A stretch of 64,000 bases of DNA, counting the filler. It is 19 parts of 19 records of this genome, joined end to end, with 100 filler letters (N's around TTAATTAATTAA, not from the genome) between each part and the next. Parts side by side here need not be neighbours in the genome. Positions count along the whole stretch, not along the records: positions 1 to 5,628 come from SRR16133337_90092; positions 5,729 to 7,799 come from SRR16133337_90410; positions 7,900 to 11,550 come from SRR16133337_90454; 16 more parts are not named here. One strand, written 5' to 3'. Within the stretch, counting starts at the first letter, position 1. Every line of letters starts with the position of its first letter. Shown here piece by piece: positions 1-9,061 of this stretch. Below the pieces are notes generated by a model. The model searched no databases and was not told where the DNA came from. It saw only the letters and a program-made list of their open reading frames with translations. The position numbers and the translations under genes were made by a program.

Positions 1-101
1 AAAGTATAAGATAAAATAAAAAATCTATTAATTCTAGGTTAATAATTTGTCAGCCATACATTTTTTTTCATAACTTGTTACCGCTATGTTATTTATTTGT
101 T

Positions 102-2879
102 ATGAAAAAGAAATACACTTCCTTTATCGTTAAGATACTTTGTTATGGTTTTATTTTAGGGACGATTCCTTTTGGATTTGCTCAAGATTTAATTTCTATC
201 CGTGGACGTATTATTGCTGGGGACTCTGGAAATAAGCTAGCGGGTGTCCTTGTTCGTGTAAAAGAAAGAAAGCGATCTACCTATTCCAATTCAAAAGGAC
301 TCTTTCTTTTAGAAGAGGTTGCTACGGGGAATTTTATTCTTGAAATCTATTTAGAAGGTTACCTTCCAAAAAACATTCCTTTAAGGGGGCAAGAAAAGCC
401 TCTCATAGATTTGGGAGAAATAGAGTTGTTTGAAGTTTTATCAGAAGATTTGATCTCTCATACTCTTGTGATCCATGATGAAGAATTTTCAGAAGATGAA
501 ATCGGAGGCTCTGATAATATAACGGGATGGTTACAAGCTTCTAAGGATGTGTTTTTAAGAGCGGCTGCTTTTAATTTTGGACAGGCTAGATTTAAAGTCC
601 GAGGCTATGATAGTCGTGAAGGAACCGTTTTGATAAACGGGGTTTCCATGAATAAAATTTTTGATGGCAGGCCTCAATGGAGTAATTGGGGCGGGTTGAA
701 TGACGTTTTAAGAAATCAAACGTTTACCCATGGAATAGCGGTATCGGATTTTACTTTTGGAGGGTTGTTAGGCGTTACTAATTTTACGACAAGAGCCTCT
801 AAATACAGGGCAGGATCTAAGATATCATTCGCAGCTACCAATGGAAGTTATAAGGGAAGGGTAATGGCCTCCTTTTTTACAGGGATGCAAGAAAATGGTT
901 GGGCTTTTGCCGTTTCAGCATCGCGACGTTCCGCCCAGAATGGGACGATAGAAGGGACTACCTACAATGCTTGGTCTGCCTTTATCGCTGCCGAAAAACA
1001 AATCAATACAAAACACCATTTGAATTTTACGGCAATCTTTGCTTTTCATAGAAGAGGAAAATCTTCCCCAAATACACAAGAAATTTTTGACCTTCGAGGA
1101 GCAAAATACAATGCTTATTGGGGATTTCAGGAAGGAAAAAAAAGAAATTCTAGAATCAAAGAAATCCAAGAACCGATGGTACTTTTGAATCACGATTGGC
1201 AAAAAGATGAAAATACTGCTATTTATACTACAATTGCCTATCAATTTGGTCATATAGGCAATAGTCGTTTGGGCTATTTCAATGCACCCAATCCAGATCC
1301 AACCTATTATAAAAATTTACCAAGTTACAATTTGCAATTTCAAGAAAATTTAGATGTTGCTGGAGCGTATCTTTCTTTGAAAGAGTTCCAAAATCACGGA
1401 CAAATAGATTGGGAAAATCTTTACAAAACAAATGCAACAACTCAAACGGCAAATTATTATCTCTATGAAGATAGAAATGAAGATCAAGTTATTTCAGGAA
1501 CTGTAAAATTAGACAAACAACTCCATCTTAATTGGAATCTTATAAGTGGGATTTCTTATACAAAAATGAAAAGTCTTAACGATGCCAAAGTATTAGATGT
1601 ATTAGGTGAAAACGAGTTTATAGATTTAGATGCGTATGCGGTGGGTGAAGCGAGTCAGAATGATTTGGAACATCCAAACAGAAGTGTTTCAAATGGAGAT
1701 GCCTTTTCTTATAAATATGAGTTGTTCTCTACGAAAATAGATTTTTTTTCAAAATTACACTACGCTTCAAAAAAGTTAGAACTCGTAGGTGTATTAGGTT
1801 TTCAACATACCAATTATCAAAGGAAAGGTTTGTATAGAAACGGAGCTTATCCAGACAATTCTTTCGGTTTAGGAACAAAGAAATTCTTTACCAATTTCAG
1901 TTTAAAGGGGACGGGGCTTTACAAATTTTCGGGAAGGCATCTCTTGAATTTCAATTGGGGTTATCTCTCCAAAGCCCCTCATTTAAGAAATGTGTTTACC
2001 AACGTAAGAATCAACCAAAATTTTACGCCCAATGTATCCTCTGAGAAAATAGGGACAAGCGATTTAAGTTATCAATACAGAGCTTCAGGAATCAAGGCAC
2101 GTTTGACAGGATATTATACCTTGTATTCAAATATTACGGAAAATTCTTTTGTATTTGCAGAAGGTTTAAGAGGAGATGAAGCAGATTTTGTGGCACAAAT
2201 TTTAACGGGAATTCAAAAGAGACATTTTGGATTGGAATTTGGATTGGAAACACAGGTAAGTTCTTCCATAAAGTTAAATGCGGTAGTTGCTTTAGGACAA
2301 TTTACGTATGCCAACAATCCGCATTTGTATCTACAATCAGATCAGTTTTCTGGACCTGAAAGTGATTTTGGAATCGCTTATTTAAAAAATTACAAGCTAG
2401 GAGGTACTCCTCAAAAAGCTTACTCCTTAGGTTTTGAATACCGAGATCCTGCGTATTGGTGGTACAGTGTTAACGCTAATTTTTTATCTCATCATTATAG
2501 TAGGATCTCCCCTTTATTAAGAACCTCTAATTTTTTTTTAGATGCTGATGGAATCCCTTTTATCAATGAAGAAACGGGGAATGAAGTATCTCAAAGAGAT
2601 ATTGAAGGGTTGTTGAAACAAGAACGGTTTCAAAAACAATGGCTCGTAAACTTGGTTGGAGGAAAATCTTGGAAAATAGAGGACACTTATATTGGACTTT
2701 TTGCCAGTGTGAATAATCTTTTAGGAACGGTTTATAAAACAGGAGGTTTTGAACAATCCAGAAAAGCCAATTATCAAGAATTAAAAGAAGATAAAGCCTT
2801 AGAATATCCCTTATTCGGTTCTAAATATTGGTACGAAAATGGAACTCGTTATTATCTGATTCTATCCGTCCAATTTTAA
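102..2879 (+). CDS. TonB-dependent outer-membrane receptor with N-terminal carboxypeptidase-regulatory-like domain (Bacteroidetes type)
   Basis: Signal peptide MKKKYTSF...GFA|QD from ATG at 102; CarboxypepD_reg-like IRGRII...TYSNSKGLF; plug-like FKVRGYDSREGTVLINGV; beta-barrel pattern ending in C-terminal Phe (LSVQF). Confidence 0.85.
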   Translation: MKKKYTSFIVKILCYGFILGTIPFGFAQDLISIRGRIIAGDSGNKLAGVLVRVKERKRSTYSNSKGLFLLEEVATGNFILEIYLEGYLPKNIPLRGQEKPLIDLGEIELFEVLSEDLISHTLVIHDEEFSEDEIGGSDNITGWLQASKDVFLRAAAFNFGQARFKVRGYDSREGTVLINGVSMNKIFDGRPQWSNWGGLNDVLRNQTFTHGIAVSDFTFGGLLGVTNFTTRASKYRAGSKISFAATNGSYKGRVMASFFTGMQENGWAFAVSASRRSAQNGTIEGTTYNAWSAFIAAEKQINTKHHLNFTAIFAFHRRGKSSPNTQEIFDLRGAKYNAYWGFQEGKKRNSRIKEIQEPMVLLNHDWQKDENTAIYTTIAYQFGHIGNSRLGYFNAPNPDPTYYKNLPSYNLQFQENLDVAGAYLSLKEFQNHGQIDWENLYKTNATTQTANYYLYEDRNEDQVISGTVKLDKQLHLNWNLISGISYTKMKSLNDAKVLDVLGENEFIDLDAYAVGEASQNDLEHPNRSVSNGDAFSYKYELFSTKIDFFSKLHYASKKLELVGVLGFQHTNYQRKGLYRNGAYPDNSFGLGTKKFFTNFSLKGTGLYKFSGRHLLNFNWGYLSKAPHLRNVFTNVRINQNFTPNVSSEKIGTSDLSYQYRASGIKARLTGYYTLYSNITENSFVFAEGLRGDEADFVAQILTGIQKRHFGLEFGLETQVSSSIKLNAVVALGQFTYANNPHLYLQSDQFSGPESDFGIAYLKNYKLGGTPQKAYSLGFEYRDPAYWWYSVNANFLSHHYSRISPLLRTSNFFLDADGIPFINEETGNEVSQRDIEGLLKQERFQKQWLVNLVGGKSWKIEDTYIGLFASVNNLLGTVYKTGGFEQSRKANYQELKEDKALEYPLFGSKYWYENGTRYYLILSVQF

Positions 2880-2956
2880 GTATAAACAAGGGGTGCAGGC
2901 ACTCTACCCAACTCCGTTTTTGGAGTAGAAAAAGAAACCTAAAAATAGAAGATGTT

Positions 2957-5002
2957 ATGAAAAAATCAATGATTATTTACGGGCTGTTTATAGGAATTAC
3001 AACAATTTCCTGTGTTAACGACAGTCATTTTTCAACGCCTGTGGTAATCTGTGTTGAACCTGAATTGCAAAGAACCAATACCATCGCTCAAATTAAGGAA
3101 ATGGCAGGTTTTGGAATTGTAGCGTTTACAACAGACCTTATTATGGAAGGCTACGTAGTTTCTAGTGATGAATCTGGAAATATTTACAAAACTATTTCCA
3201 TACAAGATACTCCTGAAAATCCAACAGCAGCAATTCGTATCGCTGTAGATCAAACCAATACTTATACCCAATATCCCATTGGAAGAAAGCTCTTTGTAAA
3301 GCTAAAAGGACTGTCAATTGGGTACAATCTTGGGAGTTTGGAAATCGGAAAAGCAATTGGAAACACTTTAGAACGCATTCCCAATTTGGAAATAGACCAG
3401 CATCTTTTTAGGTCTTGTGAAGAGGTAAACATCGTTCCCAAAAAGGTGGCTATTTCTGAGATAGACGATGTAATGGTTGATATGTTAATCCAGTTTGAAA
3501 ACATCCAATTTAAAACGGTGGAATTAGGGAATGTTTACGCGAATTTAGACGGAACAAATTCTGAAGACCGAATTTTGGAACAAGTTTCGGAAACGTGTCA
3601 GTTACAAGCTGAAATTACCTTGAGAAACAGTGGATTTTCAGACTTCAAAAGTCAGGAAATTCCAGAAGGAAAAGGAGAACTAACCGCATTGTTGAACAAA
3701 TATTACTCTGAATATCAATTGTTGCTTAGAGATTTGGAAGATGTTTCTTTTACAGAAGACCGTTGCAACTTGGCAAGTGCCTTAGTGCCAACGATTACCC
3801 TTGAAGAAATCCAAGAAATGTACTTAGGAAAGGTCGTAGAATTTGGAATTGAAAGGGAGTATATTCTGGAAGCTTATGTGATCTCTACAGATCAAGAAGG
3901 AAATTTTTCTAGGAGACTATTTCTACAAGATGCCCCAGAAAATCCATCTGGAGGACTTCAAATATTAGCAGATGAAGAAGCGATTTATGAAAATTACCAA
4001 GTGGGAGACAAAGTGTTTTTAAAATTGAACCGTTTGTCGATGCATAAAGTCAACGAAGTTCTTAGTATTGGTTATCCTGATGAAGAAACGGTACAAGAAA
4101 TGGAAGAAGGAGTCCTACAGGATTTTGTGATCAATAGCAAAGAGAATTTCGAAATACAACCCACATCTTTAAGTTTGGCAGAACTAACGGTAGATCGTTT
4201 TCAAAATACGCTCGTACAGTTGAATACAGTACAATTAGTTGCAAATGAAGTAGGGAGGGCTTTTACCTATTATTCAGCGAGGGAGTTGGGAAAAAGAACC
4301 TTAGAAACCTGCGGGGTGTTGCAAAAGATTAAAATGGAGACAAATGGAAATGCCACTTTTGCCAATGAGGCATTTCCTTCTGGAAACGGTTCTATAACTG
4401 GAGTTTTGTATCGTGACAATGCAACATTGCAAATTCAAATGAGGACTTTGGAAGATATAGATTTCACAGCACCCTTTGAAACCTGTGTTGTTATAGTCCC
4501 AAAACTACTAATTACAGAAATTGCCGATCCTGAAAATAGTACAAATTCAAGATTTGTTGAATTGTACAATGCAGGAGATTCCGCTATAGATATTACAGGT
4601 TGGAAATTGAATAAATATTTGAATGGAGCAACTACCTTTTCAGAAATCGCTTTAGATTTGTCTAGTTTTTTAATAGAATCCAATGGTTTTTTGATTGTAG
4701 CAGATTCTGGATTTGAATCTGTATTTGGATTTGCTCCTGAAATTACCTCTACCCATATTTCTGGTAATGGTGATGATGTATATGAATTGGTAGATGCTAC
4801 TGGGAAAGTACAAGATGTATTTGGACAGGTAGGAACAGATGGAACAGGTACAGATTGGGAATATTTAGACGGCAAAGCAATACGAAAAGAATCTATAGAC
4901 GAACCCAATGCAAATTTTGATATTTCGGAATGGGAAGTATTTTCAAAAGCAAGTGATTCTAAACAAGTAGCCCCTGATGATTTTAGTCCAAAGGTTCGGT
5001 GA
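2957..5002 (+). CDS. Surface lipoprotein with two tandem DUF5689-like modules and a C-terminal lamin-tail (LTD) domain
   Basis: ATG at 2957 gives MKKSMIIYGLFIGITTIS-C19 lipobox. Internal duplication: EGYVVSSDESGNIYKTISIQDTPENP vs EAYVISTDQEGNFSRRLFLQDAPENP. LTD signature LLITEIADP...FVELYNAGDSAIDITGWKL...NGDD. Confidence 0.75.
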   Translation: MKKSMIIYGLFIGITTISCVNDSHFSTPVVICVEPELQRTNTIAQIKEMAGFGIVAFTTDLIMEGYVVSSDESGNIYKTISIQDTPENPTAAIRIAVDQTNTYTQYPIGRKLFVKLKGLSIGYNLGSLEIGKAIGNTLERIPNLEIDQHLFRSCEEVNIVPKKVAISEIDDVMVDMLIQFENIQFKTVELGNVYANLDGTNSEDRILEQVSETCQLQAEITLRNSGFSDFKSQEIPEGKGELTALLNKYYSEYQLLLRDLEDVSFTEDRCNLASALVPTITLEEIQEMYLGKVVEFGIEREYILEAYVISTDQEGNFSRRLFLQDAPENPSGGLQILADEEAIYENYQVGDKVFLKLNRLSMHKVNEVLSIGYPDEETVQEMEEGVLQDFVINSKENFEIQPTSLSLAELTVDRFQNTLVQLNTVQLVANEVGRAFTYYSARELGKRTLETCGVLQKIKMETNGNATFANEAFPSGNGSITGVLYRDNATLQIQMRTLEDIDFTAPFETCVVIVPKLLITEIADPENSTNSRFVELYNAGDSAIDITGWKLNKYLNGATTFSEIALDLSSFLIESNGFLIVADSGFESVFGFAPEITSTHISGNGDDVYELVDATGKVQDVFGQVGTDGTGTDWEYLDGKAIRKESIDEPNANFDISEWEVFSKASDSKQVAPDDFSPKVR

Positions 5003-5118
5003 GTGTTTAAAATTTTGTTTATCCGTAGATTCTTCAAAATAAAAAACGTGTACTAGGTACTTGAATCTACGATATAGGAATTTAAATTTTTTATTATTGT
5101 ATTCATTTTGAATTAACA

Positions 5119-5454
5119 ATGTTAAAGCCATCTACAACCCCGAAAGGGATGAATATTGATATTAAAGCGGTTGATTTAAGATCGAATCATGTATGGTTTT
5201 TAAGTCGAAGAAGAGGAAAAAAGAAGACTCCTGATTATGCTACATATGCGATCATTGTAACCATTAAGGAGGGTTTTGATATGACTGAGCAATGGAAGAA
5301 GGAAGATGCTACTTTTTTTGATTTAAAAGTTATTGCTAAAAATAATTTTAGTGGAATTACAAGTATTATACATGAAAAATTTAATCATAGCTCCTGTATC
5401 AAAGAAGGTAGTTTTTGCCATGGAAATACTTTGGAAATAGAGCTTCATGATTAA
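5119..5454 (+). CDS. Hypothetical protein (111 aa)
   Basis: ATG-started ORF with an AT-rich upstream region on a bacterial contig; no recognisable motif. Confidence 0.5.
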   Translation: MLKPSTTPKGMNIDIKAVDLRSNHVWFLSRRRGKKKTPDYATYAIIVTIKEGFDMTEQWKKEDATFFDLKVIAKNNFSGITSIIHEKFNHSSCIKEGSFCHGNTLEIELHD

Positions 5455-5492
5455 TTTAACATATGTTTATATAAAATACTTTATAATTTATA

Positions 5493-5500
5493 TATATTTG
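5493..5500 (+). promoter_or_regulatory. Bacteroidetes sigma-A -7 element (TAnnTTTG)
   Basis: TATATTTG, 18 nt upstream of a 14-codon ORF at 5519; the region is very AT-rich, so a chance match is possible. Confidence 0.4.
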
Positions 5501-5574
5501 TATATATTAATAATAACAATGAATGCTATTATGAAAAAAGTACAAGACATTACCTCATTTTAAGTTGAACTCCT

Positions 5575-5604
5575 AAAAAAAGAGAATGAAAGTTCTCTTT
5601 TTTT
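5575..5604. terminator. Bidirectional intrinsic terminator-like hairpin
   Basis: AAAAAAAGAGAA-tgaaag-TTCTCTTTTTTT: 12-bp inverted repeat with A and T tracts. Confidence 0.65.
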
Positions 5605-5628
5605 GTAAAAATTTTTATTGATCTCCCA

Positions 5629-5728
5629 NNNNNNNNNNNNNNNNNNNNNNNNNNNNNNNNNNNNNNNNNNNNTTAATTAATTAANNNNNNNNNNNNNNNN
5701 NNNNNNNNNNNNNNNNNNNNNNNNNNNN
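5629..5728. other. Artificial contig linker N44-TTAATTAATTAA-N44 (first of 18; others start at 7800, 11551, 13815, 16025, 22464, 24596, 28918, 31105, 34114, 37923, 44228, 48141, 51012, 53715, 55817, 58854, 61482)
   Basis: Identical 100-nt blocks; the core gives stop codons in all six frames; genes are cut abruptly at them. Confidence 0.99.
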
Positions 5729-7899
5729 TTAATCCATCCGAACTCTAATACATGAGGTAAAAATATCAATGCGTTTCTTTTTGTCTCAGGAGTGCAACGT
5801 TATGCCCAGATTCTCAATTTAATAACAATAAGCTAATTTCGCTCTCAATGCAACGTTCAGCTTTAATGGATAATAAAAAAGACCTCCTGACTAAACGTCT
5901 ATATTAGGTGAAAAAACACAAAATCGTTTAAAATTAGTAAACCTCCAAACGGACACCGGAATGCCACAGTCTAACCCAAGTAGAATTTTCTCCAGACCGG
6001 GAATTATTAATTTTTTTTATAACTTTGGTACTATTAAAAGTGTAAGATAAGTGTACCAAACTTTGGCCAGTTTGTGCGTGAGTGCGGAGCAAAAAATGCT
6101 GCACTCAAAAAATTTACGGAAGTCACATCTACCCAAGGACTGACTTTGTTTGTGCAAAATGCACGTTTTTTTTGCAAATACATTTTTCAAACGTTTTGCG
6201 TTTTCTAGCCGATGTGTCACACAGTACTAGTTTATTTCTCTTGTGATGCCACAGTGAGGTATTTGGCATTTTCTTTTGGATTCCAATGGAAACACCTCTT
6301 TTATCAATGTTAATTTTCGTTTTTTCCCCTCAAATTTTCAAACTTTGATACTGAATTTCTGACCAAATATTTTTTTTGAAATATATTTATAAATTGATTA
6401 AAATATAAAAATCGTCCACTTAATGTTCTGTGATGTAGACAGTCAAAACATTGTGTGAGGTGGGCGGCAACAAACAAATATTTACATGTGATGTATAAAC
6501 TGCACGAAATTATCAAATTGGAATATATTTCATCACCCATCAACATTACGTGTTGCAGGAACTAACGGAACAAGAACACCACACGTTCAATAAGAATACA
6601 CCATTTCGAAAATTTGCATTTTTTGAGGAAAAAATAAGGGTACCAATTGAAATCTCCCAAAAACACAACTTTTCATTTGAAAATCATAAGATATAATCAA
6701 GAGAAAGTGGGAGGGGGTGTGGCGGCAGTGTGTGTGTGGGAGTGGGTGTGGAGATGTGTGTGGAGGGGATCTTATCACGTTAGTTCCTGTAGCGTGAAAA
6801 ACATCCGTTCATTTTTGTTATTTGTATTCTAGTTTAAACCAATCTTCCCAACATTGTTACTCCATAAATCCTACAACCAACCAAACCAACCAAAAACCAT
6901 TTTTGCATATCCATACGGCAAAGATACACCCAATAACCAAACGCTTCCGCGAATATGCGAAAAAATCCAATGCAGTTCAGCACCGTACACACTCGAAATG
7001 TCACTGTCTGACTACAGAAAATATCATAAAATTTTGCGGCATTTTTCGCATGAAGTTGAAGGTCTCAGTATTTCTTTGTACAATCATTCGGATCAGAGTA
7101 GTCTTTCAAAAAGTGATAAAAAAAACATATTGAAATCAAGATTCCGTGGATTGGGTTTCTACAAAATTGATGTCATACCACAAATGTTTGATATTATCAG
7201 GTACATACATTTTCGAATATTTGTACGAAAAGATTTTCTTAGATCAATTTTTTCACGTTCACTTGTGAAATTTTGAAAACAAATCATTTGTTTTTCACGA
7301 CTGATTTTCGACAACCACACAGTAGAATCCTGTTGAAAAATTTGTCATTCTTTGTCCACTTACTGGAATGGTCTGTAAAAATAAGCAGGGATGTAGGAAT
7401 ATACCACTGTTAAACTTGAAGAAAAATAACTTCTTTCAAGAAGTAAGTTTGTTTCACTTTTTTCAAATAAAAGTTTTTAATAGTGCAACATATGTTATAC
7501 TTCTCTGTGGTGTTCAGAGTTCGTGATTAACACTTTGTGTGATCATTAAGAAATTCTATGGCGCTAATTTACGCACATGTAAATTTAAGACAATTTCATA
7601 AAACATTTCCGCGCATGATGTATGAAGGCGAAATATCACAACGCCCACGTGCGAAAAGGTTTTCAAATTTTCGTGGCTTATTCCAAGGGTGTCATACTAA
7701 ACACCACCAAAGTTTTGTGACCTGACATCAATTTTTGGATGAGAAAACGAGTCGTAAAACTGAATTAAAAAATAAAAAAATCTGTGGAACAAAGTCCTAN
7801 NNNNNNNNNNNNNNNNNNNNNNNNNNNNNNNNNNNNNNNNNNNTTAATTAATTAANNNNNNNNNNNNNNNNNNNNNNNNNNNNNNNNNNNNNNNNNNNN

Positions 7900-7926
7900 C
7901 CTAGTAGGTTTAGAAAACCTACTAGG
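7900..7926. repeat. REP-like palindrome downstream of tsaD at a contig edge
   Basis: CCTAGTAGGTTT-aga-AAACCTACTAGG: perfect 12-bp inverted repeat of the AAACCT-nnn-AGGTTT type seen in Flavobacteria intergenic DNA. Confidence 0.6.
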
Positions 7927-7975
7927 TTTAAGAAAGCAAGTTGTTTTGAGCAAGCACCATTTCTCCATTAAAAAA

Positions 7976-9010
7976 TCAACCTTTTTCATCTACTTTTAAA
8001 CGAGCTTTTGCAGAAATATCAGAATTACTATAGTTCTTTTCTAGATATTTTAAATAACCCGCAATAGCAATCATAGCCGCATTGTCAGTTGTATATTCCA
8101 ATTTTGGGAGATAGCTTGTCCACCCATATTTGGATTCCGCTTCTTTTAATTGCCTTCTAATTTCAGAATTGGCAGCAACTCCTCCAGCAATAGCTACCTG
8201 TTTGATTCCTGATTGTTTGACAGCATTTTTTAACTTGTCCATCAAAATAGTTACAATGGTGTCTTGAATCGAAGCACAGATATCATATAGATTTTCTTCA
8301 ATAAAATTTACCTGCTCTTTTTCTGCTTTCTGGATAAAATATAAAAAAGCAGTTTTCAACCCACTAAAACTAAAATCCAAATCCCCCACTTTAGGTTTGG
8401 GGAATGAATACGCTTTTGGATTTCCCAATTTTGCGTATTTATCAATCAAAGGACCTCCTGGATAAGGTAAATTCAGCACCTTAGCCGATTTGTCAAAAGC
8501 CTCTCCAACAGCATCATCCAAAGTTTCTCCTAAAACAGTCATCTCAAAATAATTAGCAACTTTAACAAGCTGTGTATGTCCACCGCTAATCGTCAAACAT
8601 AAAAAAGGAAAAGGAGGTTTTAAACAATCTTCTTCATCAATAAAATGAGCCAAAATATGTCCTTGCATATGATTTACACCAAGCAAAGGAATGTTTAAAG
8701 ACAAGGCTAAAGACTTGGCAAAAGAAGTTCCTACCAAAAGAGAACCCATCAAACCAGGTCCACGAGTAAAAGCGATGGCATTTAAGTCTTTTTTGTCGAT
8801 ATTTGCCTTTTGAATGGCTTGTTGAACTACAGGGACGATGTTTTGTTGATGTGCACGAGAAGCCAATTCAGGGACAACACCTCCATATTCAGCGTGAATT
8901 TCCTGATTAGCAATACAATTGGATAGTATCTTATCATTACAAATAACAGCAGCACCTGTATCATCACAAGAAGATTCAATAGCAAGAATATAAATAGGTT
9001 TTTTAGACAT
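7976..9010 (-). CDS. tsaD: tRNA N6-threonylcarbamoyladenosine synthesis protein TsaD
   Basis: ILAIESSCDDT, YGGVVPELASRAH, GPGLMGSL, NHMQGH, SGGHT, DDAVGEAFDK, FSFSGLKT, TDNAAMIA; start taken at ATG 9010 (MSKKPIY). Confidence 0.97.
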   Translation of the reverse strand: MSKKPIYILAIESSCDDTGAAVICNDKILSNCIANQEIHAEYGGVVPELASRAHQQNIVPVVQQAIQKANIDKKDLNAIAFTRGPGLMGSLLVGTSFAKSLALSLNIPLLGVNHMQGHILAHFIDEEDCLKPPFPFLCLTISGGHTQLVKVANYFEMTVLGETLDDAVGEAFDKSAKVLNLPYPGGPLIDKYAKLGNPKAYSFPKPKVGDLDFSFSGLKTAFLYFIQKAEKEQVNFIEENLYDICASIQDTIVTILMDKLKNAVKQSGIKQVAIAGGVAANSEIRRQLKEAESKYGWTSYLPKLEYTTDNAAMIAIAGYLKYLEKNYSNSDISAKARLKVDEKG

Positions 9011-9047
9011 TTTAAGTAAATTAGGCATCTTTTTTGCTAACAGGAAA

Positions 9048-9055
9048 CAAAGTTA
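9048..9055 (-). promoter_or_regulatory. Bacteroidetes -7 promoter element for tsaD
   Basis: TAACTTTG on the minus strand about 38 nt upstream of the tsaD ATG. Confidence 0.55.
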
Positions 9056-9061
9056 AGACAT

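Noticed and set aside
2828-2956. N-terminal extensions in the ORF track (2828, also 75, 9028, 16178, 22150, 43053)
   Set aside because: Downstream ATGs give proper signal peptides or family-typical N-termini; the hemE extension is just the translated heptamer array.
4435-5037. 200-aa antisense ORF, and other antisense ORFs within aspS, the CLC gene, hemL, hemE, neu genes and rsgA
   Set aside because: Shadow frames opposite well-supported genes, with no motifs of their own.
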